Origin: Eubacteriales bacterium
GTDB lineage: Bacteria; Bacillota; Clostridia; Oscillospirales; CAG-272
Length of the DNA: 64,000 nt
Direction: 5' to 3'
Assembly (NCBI GenBank): GCA_045636465.1
Contig: JAZTXP010000064.1
Location: 354 to 64,353, forward strand
Under the pieces are notes generated by a model, which had not been told where the DNA came from, did no database searches, and saw nothing but the letters and a program-made list of their open reading frames with translations. The translations under genes were made by a program, and so were the position numbers. Positions within the stretch are counted from its first letter, which is position 1. The number at the start of each line of letters is the position of its first letter. This document shows, in pieces, positions 31,209 through 40,781 of the stretch.

Positions 31209-31577
31209 ATATTTTCTCCTTTTTCATTTGTATTTTTTGAAGTATACGAACTCCTTTCACTATATAAGACAACCGAATATGGCAAAAGGTTACATAAATT
31301 TCAAAAAAACAGAAAAAAATCGGCGTTACGGATAATTCGCCCAAGCGACAGAGAAGTGGACTTGTGATTACCGCTATGTTGTTTGAGGAAACGTCTGATA
31401 ACGCCGATCTTGTATTTTTGACAAAAATAGGTTGTTTTGGAAATGATAGTTTACATTTCCCCCCTATTCTCGCCGAATTTTGCAGTTGTGAAAAATGCTA
31501 ATCTCAATAAATTGCCTGCAGCTTCAGACTTTCTTGAGGGGCAGGAGAATAAATTACACTCGCCGCTTTTCTCAAGA

Positions 31578-32924
31578 TCACTTTCCTGCTACGCTCATAT
31601 TATGAACGAGGACTGCGGGAGAGCCGAAGGTGGTGAAGCCGCCGCTTACGCCTACCTCAACCTTGTCGGAGATGGCAGCGATGGATTTAAGAAGGTCGAA
31701 GAAATTACCCGCGATGGTAAAGGATTTTACTGCCGCGCCAAGCTTGCCGCCCTCGATTTTGAAGCCTGCCGCCTCGATGGAGAAGTCTCCTGTTGTAGCA
31801 TTCGCGCCAGCGTGCAGACCCTTAAGCTCGGTGATATAAAGACCACCCTCTGCCATTTTAAGAAGCTCATCCTCGGTATGCTCGCCTGCCTCGAGGCAGA
31901 ATGCGTAGGGGCTGATGGCAACGGGAGATGCGTAGCTTCCCTTGCTTGCGTTACCGGTGCTTTCTACTCCTGCTTTAAGAGCTGTTTCTCTATTGTGAAG
32001 AAGGGTTTTAAGAACACCGCCCTCAACTACAGACTTGCGGTAAGCGGCAACGCCCTCTGCATCAAAGTTTGTCTGAATAGAAACGCCCTCTCGCATAGGA
32101 TCGTCGGTAATGGTAACAATATCTGATGCGATCTTCTCGCCCTCCTTATCCTTAAGGAGCGACATGCCCATCTGGGCAACTCTTGCGGAGAAAACGCTGA
32201 CGAAGGCGGAGAGAATTGTTCTCATCTGCTTTGGGCTGAAAACTACGCTGTATTTACCCGACTCGGTGAGGCCTGCGCCTGCCTTGACGATAGCCTTTTC
32301 AACCACGTCGGATGCAAGAGACTTAAGGTCGAGGGGCTCATCGGAAAGCTCCTTCATATCGTATGCGCTCTCATACTTTCCGTCGTCGCAGATAACTGCC
32401 TGAAGCTGGAGAAGATTGAGGCCGCACTTGGTTTCAAGATTTAAGCCGTGAGAGTTAGAGAGACGAACTGTAAAGCCTGCGGTAACACCGTAGGTGGCTG
32501 TGCCGCCTGTTACCTTATCCGAGCTTCTGTATATTTCCTCGGCAAGGTCGGCGCAGAGCTTCTTTAATTCAGCCGCGCTCTTTGGGGTGTATTCCTTGTT
32601 TTTCAGCTCTGCATAAGACTCCGAGCCGTGGTAGATACCTACGGTATCGGGCTTCTCGGTTGCTCCCGCATTGGCAACGGCACGAGATACAAGGGCGCGC
32701 ATTTCTCCCTCCTCCATAAGCTCGGATGCGGCATAGCCCATCTTGCCGTTATGAAGCACGCGGAAGCAGATGCCGCCGCTTACGCCTGCGGAGAAGGAGT
32801 TTGGCTCTTTATTAAGGGTGTCAACAGACAGCTCCTCGTTTGCCATATAGTATATTTCATATTCGGCGAGGCCCTGCTTTTTCGCCTCGTCCTCAATGGT
32901 GTTTTTCAAAAGCTGATAATTCAT
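31578..32924 (-). CDS. pmbA: TldE/PmbA family protein
   Basis: FDAEG, STGNA, TGDFS, TIAGN; follows tldD. Confidence 0.9.
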   Translation of the reverse strand: MNYQLLKNTIEDEAKKQGLAEYEIYYMANEELSVDTLNKEPNSFSAGVSGGICFRVLHNGKMGYAASELMEEGEMRALVSRAVANAGATEKPDTVGIYHGSESYAELKNKEYTPKSAAELKKLCADLAEEIYRSSDKVTGGTATYGVTAGFTVRLSNSHGLNLETKCGLNLLQLQAVICDDGKYESAYDMKELSDEPLDLKSLASDVVEKAIVKAGAGLTESGKYSVVFSPKQMRTILSAFVSVFSARVAQMGMSLLKDKEGEKIASDIVTITDDPMREGVSIQTNFDAEGVAAYRKSVVEGGVLKTLLHNRETALKAGVESTGNASKGSYASPVAISPYAFCLEAGEHTEDELLKMAEGGLYITELKGLHAGANATTGDFSIEAAGFKIEGGKLGAAVKSFTIAGNFFDLLKSIAAISDKVEVGVSGGFTTFGSPAVLVHNMSVAGK

Positions 32925-32925
32925 C

Positions 32926-34305
32926 TTATCTACCTCCTACTGTGATCTTTGAAACACGGATGAGGGGCTGACCTACGTCGGTGGGAACGCTACCGCTGGA
33001 TGAGCCGCACATACCCTGAGCGGTATCCAGATTCTGGCCTACCATATCGATATCCTGAAGGATCTCCGAGCCTGTGCCGATAAGGGTTGCGCCTCTTACC
33101 GCCTCGCAGATCTTACCGTTTCTTACTATGTAGCCCTCGTTAACGGCGAAGTTGAACGCGCCCGTAAGGGGGTTAACCGAGCCGCCACCCATAGATTTAG
33201 CATAAAGTCCGTACTCGATAGACGCGATAATATCCTCGTTTTTATCCGGACCATTGTCGATGAAGGTGTTAGTCATTCTTGAGGTAGGCTCGTAGGCGTA
33301 GCTCTGGCGGCGGGAGTTACCCGTCATAGGCATACCCATTCTGCGAGAGCCGAGACGGTCGATCATATAGCCCTTGAGAACGCCGTTTTCAATAAGCACG
33401 TTGCGCTGAGTGGGGTTACCCTCGTCGTCAATGTTCACAGAGCCCCAAGCATTGGGAATAGTTCCGTCGTCAATAGCTGTAACCTTCTCGTTAGCGATTT
33501 TTTGGCCAAGCTTGCCGCACATCTGAGAGCGACCTGTGCCAACAGAGGTAGCCTCGAGAGAATATCCGCATGCCTCGTGGAAGATAACTCCGCCAAAGCC
33601 GTTTTCAATAGCAACAGGCATCTGTCCTGCAGGGCAATAGTCCGCCTCAAGGTTAGTGATAGCCTGAGCCGCCGCAGTTCTTCCTATTTCCTCGGGATTG
33701 AAGAGGTCGAACACCTCAAGTCCCATACCGCGTCCGGGAGAGCAGGAGCCACTCTGATTCTCGGAGCCGGAGGACGCAACCGCGTTGACTGCCATTCTTG
33801 TGCGAACGTGGCGGTCGGTTTTGAGAAGGCCCTCGGTGTTGGCGATCTGTATTGTATGGTCAACGGTGATAAGATTTCCCACCGACTGAACGATTCTCTT
33901 GTCATAAGCTCTCGCCGCGCCTGTAGCAAGGCGGAGAAGGTCGCATCTATCCTTTATATCCGCTTCTGCGGGATTGATCTTCACGGGGTGAATGTCATTT
34001 ACCGCGGTGGGCTTCAGGACTATATTCATCTCTGCTCTTCCCTCTCCCATAGCCTCGGCTACCGATCTTGCGCACTTAATAAGTCCCTCTCTTGAAAGGT
34101 CGGAGGTAGAGCCGTATACGGTTCTCGTTCCGAGAAAGGCGCGAATACCTACGCCCGAGACGGTGTTATCCGAAATAGCGTCTATTCTCTCGCTGAGGAG
34201 GGTTATAGTGCCGTTTCTCGTCAGCTCCCAATAAACCTCGGCAAAGTCCGCGCCCGTGGAGGTGGCAACGCCGAGAATTTCTTCAAGTAATTTTGCTTCT
34301 AACAT
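32926..34305 (-). CDS. tldD: TldD family metalloprotease (HExxGH motif reads HEACGY)
   Basis: DDEG, RMTNT, GGGSV, GMCGS. Confidence 0.92.
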   Translation of the reverse strand: MLEAKLLEEILGVATSTGADFAEVYWELTRNGTITLLSERIDAISDNTVSGVGIRAFLGTRTVYGSTSDLSREGLIKCARSVAEAMGEGRAEMNIVLKPTAVNDIHPVKINPAEADIKDRCDLLRLATGAARAYDKRIVQSVGNLITVDHTIQIANTEGLLKTDRHVRTRMAVNAVASSGSENQSGSCSPGRGMGLEVFDLFNPEEIGRTAAAQAITNLEADYCPAGQMPVAIENGFGGVIFHEACGYSLEATSVGTGRSQMCGKLGQKIANEKVTAIDDGTIPNAWGSVNIDDEGNPTQRNVLIENGVLKGYMIDRLGSRRMGMPMTGNSRRQSYAYEPTSRMTNTFIDNGPDKNEDIIASIEYGLYAKSMGGGSVNPLTGAFNFAVNEGYIVRNGKICEAVRGATLIGTGSEILQDIDMVGQNLDTAQGMCGSSSGSVPTDVGQPLIRVSKITVGGR

Positions 34306-34599
34306 TTTTATCTCCTTTTTGCCCCTTTAGGGCTTTGTTAAAATCTTCTTTATTTAATTATACAACTTCTTTTCCCCATTTTCAAGTCGGAGAGCAAAAA
34401 TAATGTAAAATTATCCATATTATGACCATTTTCTTTACTTTTTTGATATCATGAAAAAATCGCAAAAATGAAAATATCAAAAATTTTTATTTTTTTCATG
34501 AAAACTCTTGACTTTATTTGACAAAACTAGTACAATATGTATGTTGGATAAAATTTGTCGCAGAACGACTCGACATATACATTACAAGGAGGACAAAAA

Positions 34600-35175
34600 A
34601 TGAAAGAAGATTTAAGAGTCAGAAAGACCAAAAGAGCGCTTTCTGATGCCTTTATTGCGCTTCTTAAGGAAAAACACTTTGAAGAGATTACTGTAAACGA
34701 GCTTTGCGAGAGAGCAAAAATCAGAAGGGCTACCTTCTATAAGCACTACACCGATAAGCTGAATTTTCTCGCTTGCTTTACAAGATCCCTGCGCGATAGC
34801 TTTGAGCTTAACTTTTGGTCTACAGAAAAGTCCGAGAATACTGCGGATTACTCCATCGAATACGTTAAGAAAGCCATAGAATATCTTGATAACAACAGCG
34901 AGCTGGTTGAAAATATACTGAAGAGCGACCTCTTCCCCACTATGATGACCATCATCACCGAGCAGAACTACCGCGATACCAAGCAGAGGCTGGAAAAAAG
35001 CGTTGCCGCAGGCATGAAGCTCCACGCATCTGTTGAGACCTCTGCAGCTATGTTTACCGGCGGTGTTGCTACCTCCATCTATATTTGGCTGCTTTCCGGA
35101 AAGAAAAAGCCCGCGGCGGAGCTGGCATACGAGATAGGTAATATGATCAAAGCGAATATTAACGGGAATTTATAA
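34600..35175 (+). CDS. TetR/AcrR family regulator
   Basis: DLRVRKTK...ITVNELCERAKIRRATFYKHY. Confidence 0.92.
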   Translation: MKEDLRVRKTKRALSDAFIALLKEKHFEEITVNELCERAKIRRATFYKHYTDKLNFLACFTRSLRDSFELNFWSTEKSENTADYSIEYVKKAIEYLDNNSELVENILKSDLFPTMMTIITEQNYRDTKQRLEKSVAAGMKLHASVETSAAMFTGGVATSIYIWLLSGKKKPAAELAYEIGNMIKANINGNL

Positions 35176-35190
35176 TTGAAAAGTACCACG

Positions 35191-35222
35191 AAAAAGAGCG
35201 AGGAAAAAATCTCGCTCTTTTT
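35191..35222 (+). terminator. Intrinsic terminator
   Basis: AAAAAGAGCGAG...CTCGCTCTTTTT. Confidence 0.8.
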
Positions 35223-35240
35223 CCATACCAAAAGGGCATG

Positions 35241-35397
35241 AAATGATGTTTTTGCTACCGCAAAAATGGTATATCCACTTTGTGGAAATGATATAGCTCC
35301 CGATGGTCACAATGATATATTTACCAACGGCAAACATCATAAGGCAAAGCCGACATCATTACGAAGCAATATCATTTGCCAGCGGCAAACATCATTT
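35241..35397. repeat. Mirror array of AATGATRT-led hairpins
   Basis: Four AATG(A/G)TRT units followed by four inverted AYATCAT(T) units, with short stems between most of them. Confidence 0.7.
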
Positions 35398-35452
35398 TCA
35401 AGCCTCTGCGGCGCAAAGCTACGATACTTTTCTACTTTTTTATAAAAATATA

Positions 35453-35481
35453 TTGACCTTGTGAAAATTTTGTGATATAAT
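35453..35481 (+). promoter_or_regulatory. Sigma-A promoter
   Basis: TTGACC-N17-TATAAT. Confidence 0.7.
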
Positions 35482-35666
35482 GCTAGACGAAAATGCGATT
35501 TTGTCAGTTTTTGTCGGGTCGTATTTTAGTTTGATAAAAGAAAAGAGGTGGAGGCTTTGCCCGACGTTCCCTTGGTAAAAATCGAAGAACCGCCCAATGC
35601 CGGTAAAGGCGCAAAAAAATCGGCAAATGCCGCACCCGGTAATAAAAATTTAATTTGGAGAAAAAG

Positions 35667-36953
35667 ATGAAAGAAAAGATTATCGAGCCTATTAAGGCTT
35701 GGTGGGCAAAGGTTGATGCCTTCCTCACCGAACACAAAAAGACAGTTAAGACCATCGGTCTTGTTTCCCTTATTGTAACCCTTGTTGCCGCACTTACGCT
35801 AACTATAGTTGGCATTGTGCAGGTAAATCGCCCCATTGGCAACTACGAGCTCGAGGGCACAGTTACAATGATCAGACTCACAACTCCCGAGGATGAGGAG
35901 TACAGCGAGGATGAATACACCCTCTGCCCCGTTGAATTTGAAAGCGCGGACGGTCAGTATTCCGCAGTTATCACCTTCACTATTGAAGAGTGGCTCCAGC
36001 TTGGTGACGCTACCAAGATCGAAGGCTACCTCTATCGTGAGGCAGGCAGCGATGAATACGTAATTTTACATAAGGAAGGCACCGAGAAGGAAATCAGAGC
36101 GGCCGCTAAGGACTCTCACGCCGACGAGGCAAGCTACACCTTCATCGTAGCTCTCGCCGTTGCTCTTGTTGCTATCGCGGTTGGAATTATGTACTTCTTC
36201 GGTCAGCACTTCACTCTTTACGAAAAGACTTGGTTCCTCGGAATTATGATCCTCTCCGCGGTTATTTCCATTATTGCTCCCGAGGAGGGACTTAACGGTG
36301 TCAGCGGTATCTGGATCATGGCGCTTTACCTTGCAGATACCTTCCTCAACATCCTCTGCGAGCTTCTCATTTCCAAGCAGTCTAAGTGGAACTTCATCGT
36401 TTCTGTATTCGTTGAGATCGTTGAGATCCTTTGCTGCATCGTTCTTGCTTATAGATTTGCTACTATGGCAGTTACCCTCTTCTTCTGGCTTCCCTGCGAT
36501 ATCGCAAGCTTCATTAACTGGAACAAAAAGAAGGATACCGACGACGAGGAGCTTACCAAGGTAAGAACCCTCAAGGGCTGGCAGGAGATCCTGCTTATTG
36601 CGGGTATCGTTGTCTGGACCATCGTTGTAGGTTACTTCCTCTCCGGTCTTGACATCGCCACCGACCTCTTCGGCGGCAACGAGATCCTTGCTACCGTTGT
36701 TTGCTACCTTGATGCTTGCGCATCCGCGGTTGGTATCGTAAACGGTCTTGCAATTCTCTTCCGCTTCCGCGAGCAGTGGATCGCTTGGTACATCTGCTCC
36801 ATCATCGAGGCAGCTATCAACATCATGGCAGGTCAGTGGGTACTCCTTCCCCTCAAGGTAGGTTACCTCACCAATACTACCTACGGTTATATCAAGTGGT
36901 CGAAGTACATCAAGGCTCATCCTGAGGTAGTAGAAGAAAAAACCTTCTTCTAA
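35667..36953 (+). CDS. PnuC-like transporter with an extra N-terminal TM-extracellular domain-TM module
   Basis: C-terminal half has NW, LDA, RFREQWIAW and NTTYGYIKW PnuC-type motifs. Confidence 0.8.
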   Translation: MKEKIIEPIKAWWAKVDAFLTEHKKTVKTIGLVSLIVTLVAALTLTIVGIVQVNRPIGNYELEGTVTMIRLTTPEDEEYSEDEYTLCPVEFESADGQYSAVITFTIEEWLQLGDATKIEGYLYREAGSDEYVILHKEGTEKEIRAAAKDSHADEASYTFIVALAVALVAIAVGIMYFFGQHFTLYEKTWFLGIMILSAVISIIAPEEGLNGVSGIWIMALYLADTFLNILCELLISKQSKWNFIVSVFVEIVEILCCIVLAYRFATMAVTLFFWLPCDIASFINWNKKKDTDDEELTKVRTLKGWQEILLIAGIVVWTIVVGYFLSGLDIATDLFGGNEILATVVCYLDACASAVGIVNGLAILFRFREQWIAWYICSIIEAAINIMAGQWVLLPLKVGYLTNTTYGYIKWSKYIKAHPEVVEEKTFF

Positions 36954-37279
36954 TTTTGAGGATGGCGCATTTAGGCATAACCGAACAAAAAACGGCAGGT
37001 ATACGCATTAACTAAATATTCCTACCACTACCATAAATAATCTGGAGAAAATCAGGGTTGAAAACCTTTGGTTTTCTCCTTTTTATTTAAGTTTTTTGTT
37101 CTATCGCCGTTTGCTAAACTCTCGACGTAGTTGAGCTATGCTCTTAATCCCACACCCACACTATGCATTACACAAAAAGTATTTCTTTAGTAGCTGTGTA
37201 TTTTTATATCTAAAAATGGACTTGAATTTTTTTCTTTTATATGGTATACTGTTGCTATAAAACATTCAAGGAGGCTTAT

Positions 37280-38683
37280 ATGAAAAGAAAAATATCTCTC
37301 ATTTTAGTTATTTGTATGATCTTTACTATGCTGGTATCGCTCACCTCATGCGACTTCGTTAACAGAATAATCGCCGGATTTAATCCCCCGGTGATTGCAG
37401 GGGTCAAGCTCTCGGACTACGTCATCGTTTACGATGAAGAGGGACTTGATTACAACAGACGCGCGGCTGAGTATATCAAGACCCGCGCTTACGAGGAGCT
37501 TGGCGTTAAGCTGGATATAGTTGACGACAGCGCAGCTGCAAGCGACCACGAGATCGTAGTTGGCGAGACATCGAGGGCTATTTCAGGCGAGCTTGACGCT
37601 GATACGAAGGGCGTGGAATTCGCTATGCTTGCAAGTGGCGGTAGCATTGCTCTTGAGGGCGACTACTTCGTTATCGCGGCGGCGGCTTACTTCTTTATGG
37701 AGACCTATGCGCCTGCGGCAGGATATGAGGCGACCTTACCCGAGGGCGCGAGCGTTCATCAGCCTATTGTTAAAGAGGCGAAGAACTTCATTATGCTTAT
37801 CGGCGACGGAATGGGCGTTTACCAGACTCTGCTCTTTGATTACATGGAAAATAACTGCGAATATAGCGACGGAGAGGATATTTTCTACGGATATATGCTT
37901 CCTTACCTTGGCTATTCCAGAACCGAATCGCTCTCGGGCATTACCGACAGCGCGGCAGGCGGAACTGCTCTTGCCTGCGGATACAAGACTGTTAACGAAT
38001 ATATAGGACGTGACGAGAACCAAAACGATATCAAGTCCTTAACGGAGCTTGCGATTGAGATGGGCAAGGCCGGCGCGGTTATGTCCACCGAGATCAACAC
38101 CGGCGCTACTCCCTCCAGCTTCTCTGCCCACGCAGACAGCAGAAACAACACCGCGGATATTATGGCTTCTCAGGCTGAATCCATCAAGAAATACAGTATG
38201 ATCATCGACTGCGGCTATGACTACTACACAGAAAAGTACGTTAACGATACCATCGAAAAGCGCATTACGGATACTCTCGCCACAGTTTCCGCTAATGAAA
38301 AGGGCTTCTTCCTTATGTACGAGGAGGCACATATCGATAAGCATTGCCATAGCAACAGTATTGACAAGACCTTCCTTGCGGTGACAAGATTCAATCAGGC
38401 TATCGGTAGATTTATGGAGTTTGCATTCTATAATCCCGAGACCCTCGTGCTTATTACCGCCGACCACGAGACGGGTATGCTCCTCCCCGGTGAGGACGGT
38501 AAGCTTCACTACAATGACACCTATCACTCTGCCGCTGACGTTCCCGTTTTCGCTTGGGGCAAGGGCGCGGAGCTCTTCGATGGCAAGACCTTCGAAAATA
38601 TTCAGATCGCACACACCTTTGCTGCTCTTATGGGCGAGGATAACTTCGGCGATCAGAGCGAATATAAGAGCTTGACTAAGTAA
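37280..38683 (+). CDS. Alkaline phosphatase lipoprotein
   Basis: Lipobox LTSC; IGDGMG, TDSAAGGTA, IDKHCH, TADHETG. Confidence 0.9.
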   Translation: MKRKISLILVICMIFTMLVSLTSCDFVNRIIAGFNPPVIAGVKLSDYVIVYDEEGLDYNRRAAEYIKTRAYEELGVKLDIVDDSAAASDHEIVVGETSRAISGELDADTKGVEFAMLASGGSIALEGDYFVIAAAAYFFMETYAPAAGYEATLPEGASVHQPIVKEAKNFIMLIGDGMGVYQTLLFDYMENNCEYSDGEDIFYGYMLPYLGYSRTESLSGITDSAAGGTALACGYKTVNEYIGRDENQNDIKSLTELAIEMGKAGAVMSTEINTGATPSSFSAHADSRNNTADIMASQAESIKKYSMIIDCGYDYYTEKYVNDTIEKRITDTLATVSANEKGFFLMYEEAHIDKHCHSNSIDKTFLAVTRFNQAIGRFMEFAFYNPETLVLITADHETGMLLPGEDGKLHYNDTYHSAADVPVFAWGKGAELFDGKTFENIQIAHTFAALMGEDNFGDQSEYKSLTK

Positions 38684-38699
38684 TTTATGCTTATATAGC

Positions 38700-38732
38700 A
38701 AAAGAGACTATTTTTCGGAATAGTCTCTTTTT
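38700..38732. terminator. Bidirectional terminator
   Basis: AAAAGAGACTATT...AATAGTCTCTTTT. Confidence 0.8.
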
Positions 38733-38764
38733 ATGTTGTTTTGGGAAGTATAGTTTGCATTTTA

Positions 38765-38966
38765 GGTGTTTTTTGTAAAATTGTCGAATTTACGGCGAAG
38801 CTGTAGAAACCTACTGCGAGCATCCGTAAAGTCGGCTATCATAGTCAAAAATTCACGATTCATTTAATAAGCGAGGGAATTTTTAGATAGAATTGTCGAA
38901 TTTACGGCGAAGCTGTAGAAACCTACTGCGAGCTTCCGTAAAGTCGGCGATTGTAACAAAAATTCA
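38765..38966 (-). repeat. Second dimer of the ~90-bp hairpin element (112-bp period)
   Basis: AATTGTCGAATTTACGGCGAAGCTGTAGAAACCTACTGCGAGC at 38779 and 38891. Confidence 0.9.
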
Positions 38967-38970
38967 CCGA

Positions 38971-39516
38971 TTATTTCCCTTTGGGCGGGGAAATATTATC
39001 ATAAGCAAATCGCCCGTAATTGTTAAGATAGAAGTTGCGATATTCATCGTAGGAAAGGTAGCAGCCATCTGTGCCTAGAAGCTCCATATCCACGCCGAAA
39101 AGGCAGGCTCTCGTTTCCATTGGAATAAGGCCTACGCGCTCGGTATAGAAGCGACGGCGGCGAAGGCGATCGGTATAGTTCTCTGCTGTTTCATAGGGGA
39201 CCTCGATTTCAAGAAATACCCCCTTGCCCGAATAGTGGGAAATGATACTCCTTAGCATCCTCTCGCCATTGCCCTTGCCGCGGTACTTTTCGTTCACGGC
39301 AAAATAGTCGATGAGGATAATATCGGGGCTATTGATGGTAATTGCCAGGCCTAAAAATGCACCGTTATCTTCAAAATACCATATATCGGTGGCACCGCAT
39401 TTTGACATTTTCAGTATCATGGAAATTGGCTTTTTCTCGCTTTTTGGGAAAGCCGCCTCATAGAGCCTGAAGAGTTTTATGTATTCGATTACGTTCTTTG
39501 GTTTGTGAAAGGTCAT
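38971..39516 (-). CDS. GNAT family N-acetyltransferase
   Basis: YFAVNEKYRGKGNG motif A; RRRRFY. Confidence 0.85.
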   Translation of the reverse strand: MTFHKPKNVIEYIKLFRLYEAAFPKSEKKPISMILKMSKCGATDIWYFEDNGAFLGLAITINSPDIILIDYFAVNEKYRGKGNGERMLRSIISHYSGKGVFLEIEVPYETAENYTDRLRRRRFYTERVGLIPMETRACLFGVDMELLGTDGCYLSYDEYRNFYLNNYGRFAYDNISPPKGK

Positions 39517-39882
39517 TTTTGTTTTTCCTCGTTTTTTCGACAAAATACTACTATTTTGTATAGTTTGGTTTGCTTTTTTTCTCTGTTTTATAGATATCTA
39601 TTATGCTTTTTTCCCAAAAACATTCTTCCAAGATAAAGCTCGGACGATGCATCATCGCGGCCGAGGTAGGGCTCGCTTTTGGCTCAAACCGCGCGGTCAA
39701 TTTCATTATCAAAGAAAGGTCATAATATATTTTTGCTTTGCTTTATTCTATCACATAACCGAGATTTTTGCAAGAACTATATGACATTTATATGAGATAA
39801 TAAAATTTCCTTTTTATTTTCACAAAAAACGATGACTTTCCCATGGTTAATTGGGTAAAATTAAGAAGGAGGTTTTAATATT

Positions 39883-40617
39883 ATGACTTGGGGAACTTTT
39901 AGTATAACACATATTATAACGTTGGTTTTGGCCGCCGTTATGAACATTATTTTATATTTTATTTTGAAAAACAAGAACGAGGTGGTGCAAACTGCGGTTC
40001 TTTTCGTCTTTTCCCTCAGCGGAATTGCAGCTATCATATTTAACCTTGTAGCCTGGGGATCGCCTCTTGAGTATCTCCCATTCCATCTTTGCTCGCTGAC
40101 GGCTATGGTGCTTCCTATCGCGGTGCTAACGAGGAACAAGGCTCTTGGAAATCTGCTTCTCCTTTGGTCGCTTGGTGCCCTTGCGGCGCTTGTTATGAAT
40201 CAGGGACAAGCACACTATGAGATCTTCAGTAGTACATTCCTATTCTATTACTTCCCGCACGCATTTGAGTTTGGCATTCCCATTCTGCTCTTCAAGCTGG
40301 GTCTTATTGAGAAGGATCCTAAATGCATCGGCTCAACTCTCGGTATCACTCTTGCTTCCTATACCGCTATACACATCATCAATCTGGGAATCAACTCCTA
40401 TTGCCTGGAAAATCAGATCCTTAATCCCGCAGGAGAGATAATTCAGGTTAATTATATGTATTCGGTGACTCCTTCGATCCCGATACTGCAAACCTTCTAC
40501 AGCATTATCCCTCACCCTTACTTCTATCTTCTCACGACCGTCCCTATCATTATTATTTATCTGGGAATAGTTTATTTACCCGATATTTTGAAGAAGATAT
40601 CAAAGAAAAAGGTGTAA
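39883..40617 (+). CDS. YwaF-like integral membrane protein
   Basis: FSITHI, LPFHLCSL, NYMY, multiple TM segments. Confidence 0.75.
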   Translation: MTWGTFSITHIITLVLAAVMNIILYFILKNKNEVVQTAVLFVFSLSGIAAIIFNLVAWGSPLEYLPFHLCSLTAMVLPIAVLTRNKALGNLLLLWSLGALAALVMNQGQAHYEIFSSTFLFYYFPHAFEFGIPILLFKLGLIEKDPKCIGSTLGITLASYTAIHIINLGINSYCLENQILNPAGEIIQVNYMYSVTPSIPILQTFYSIIPHPYFYLLTTVPIIIIYLGIVYLPDILKKISKKKV

Positions 40618-40781
40618 ATCCGGCTCTGACCACCGAAAATTCATTGCACAAGGTATCGAAATAAAAAAGAGAGAATGTTTATTAAGGCTTTAAGGCTCAA
40701 AACCGTTGCTTTTTCATTCTCTCTTTTATGTATTTTTATGTGCTTTATTTGAATTGCCGCAGATTAGGCGATGAGGCGGAA

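Noticed and set aside
31380-31410. Hammerhead ribozyme (GAAAC and CTGAT nearby)
   Set aside because: The core is incomplete (no CUGANGA) and the stems cannot be arranged.
38779-38950. CRISPR array
   Set aside because: Only two ~58-bp repeats with related flanks and no cas genes; better explained as a hairpin dimer.
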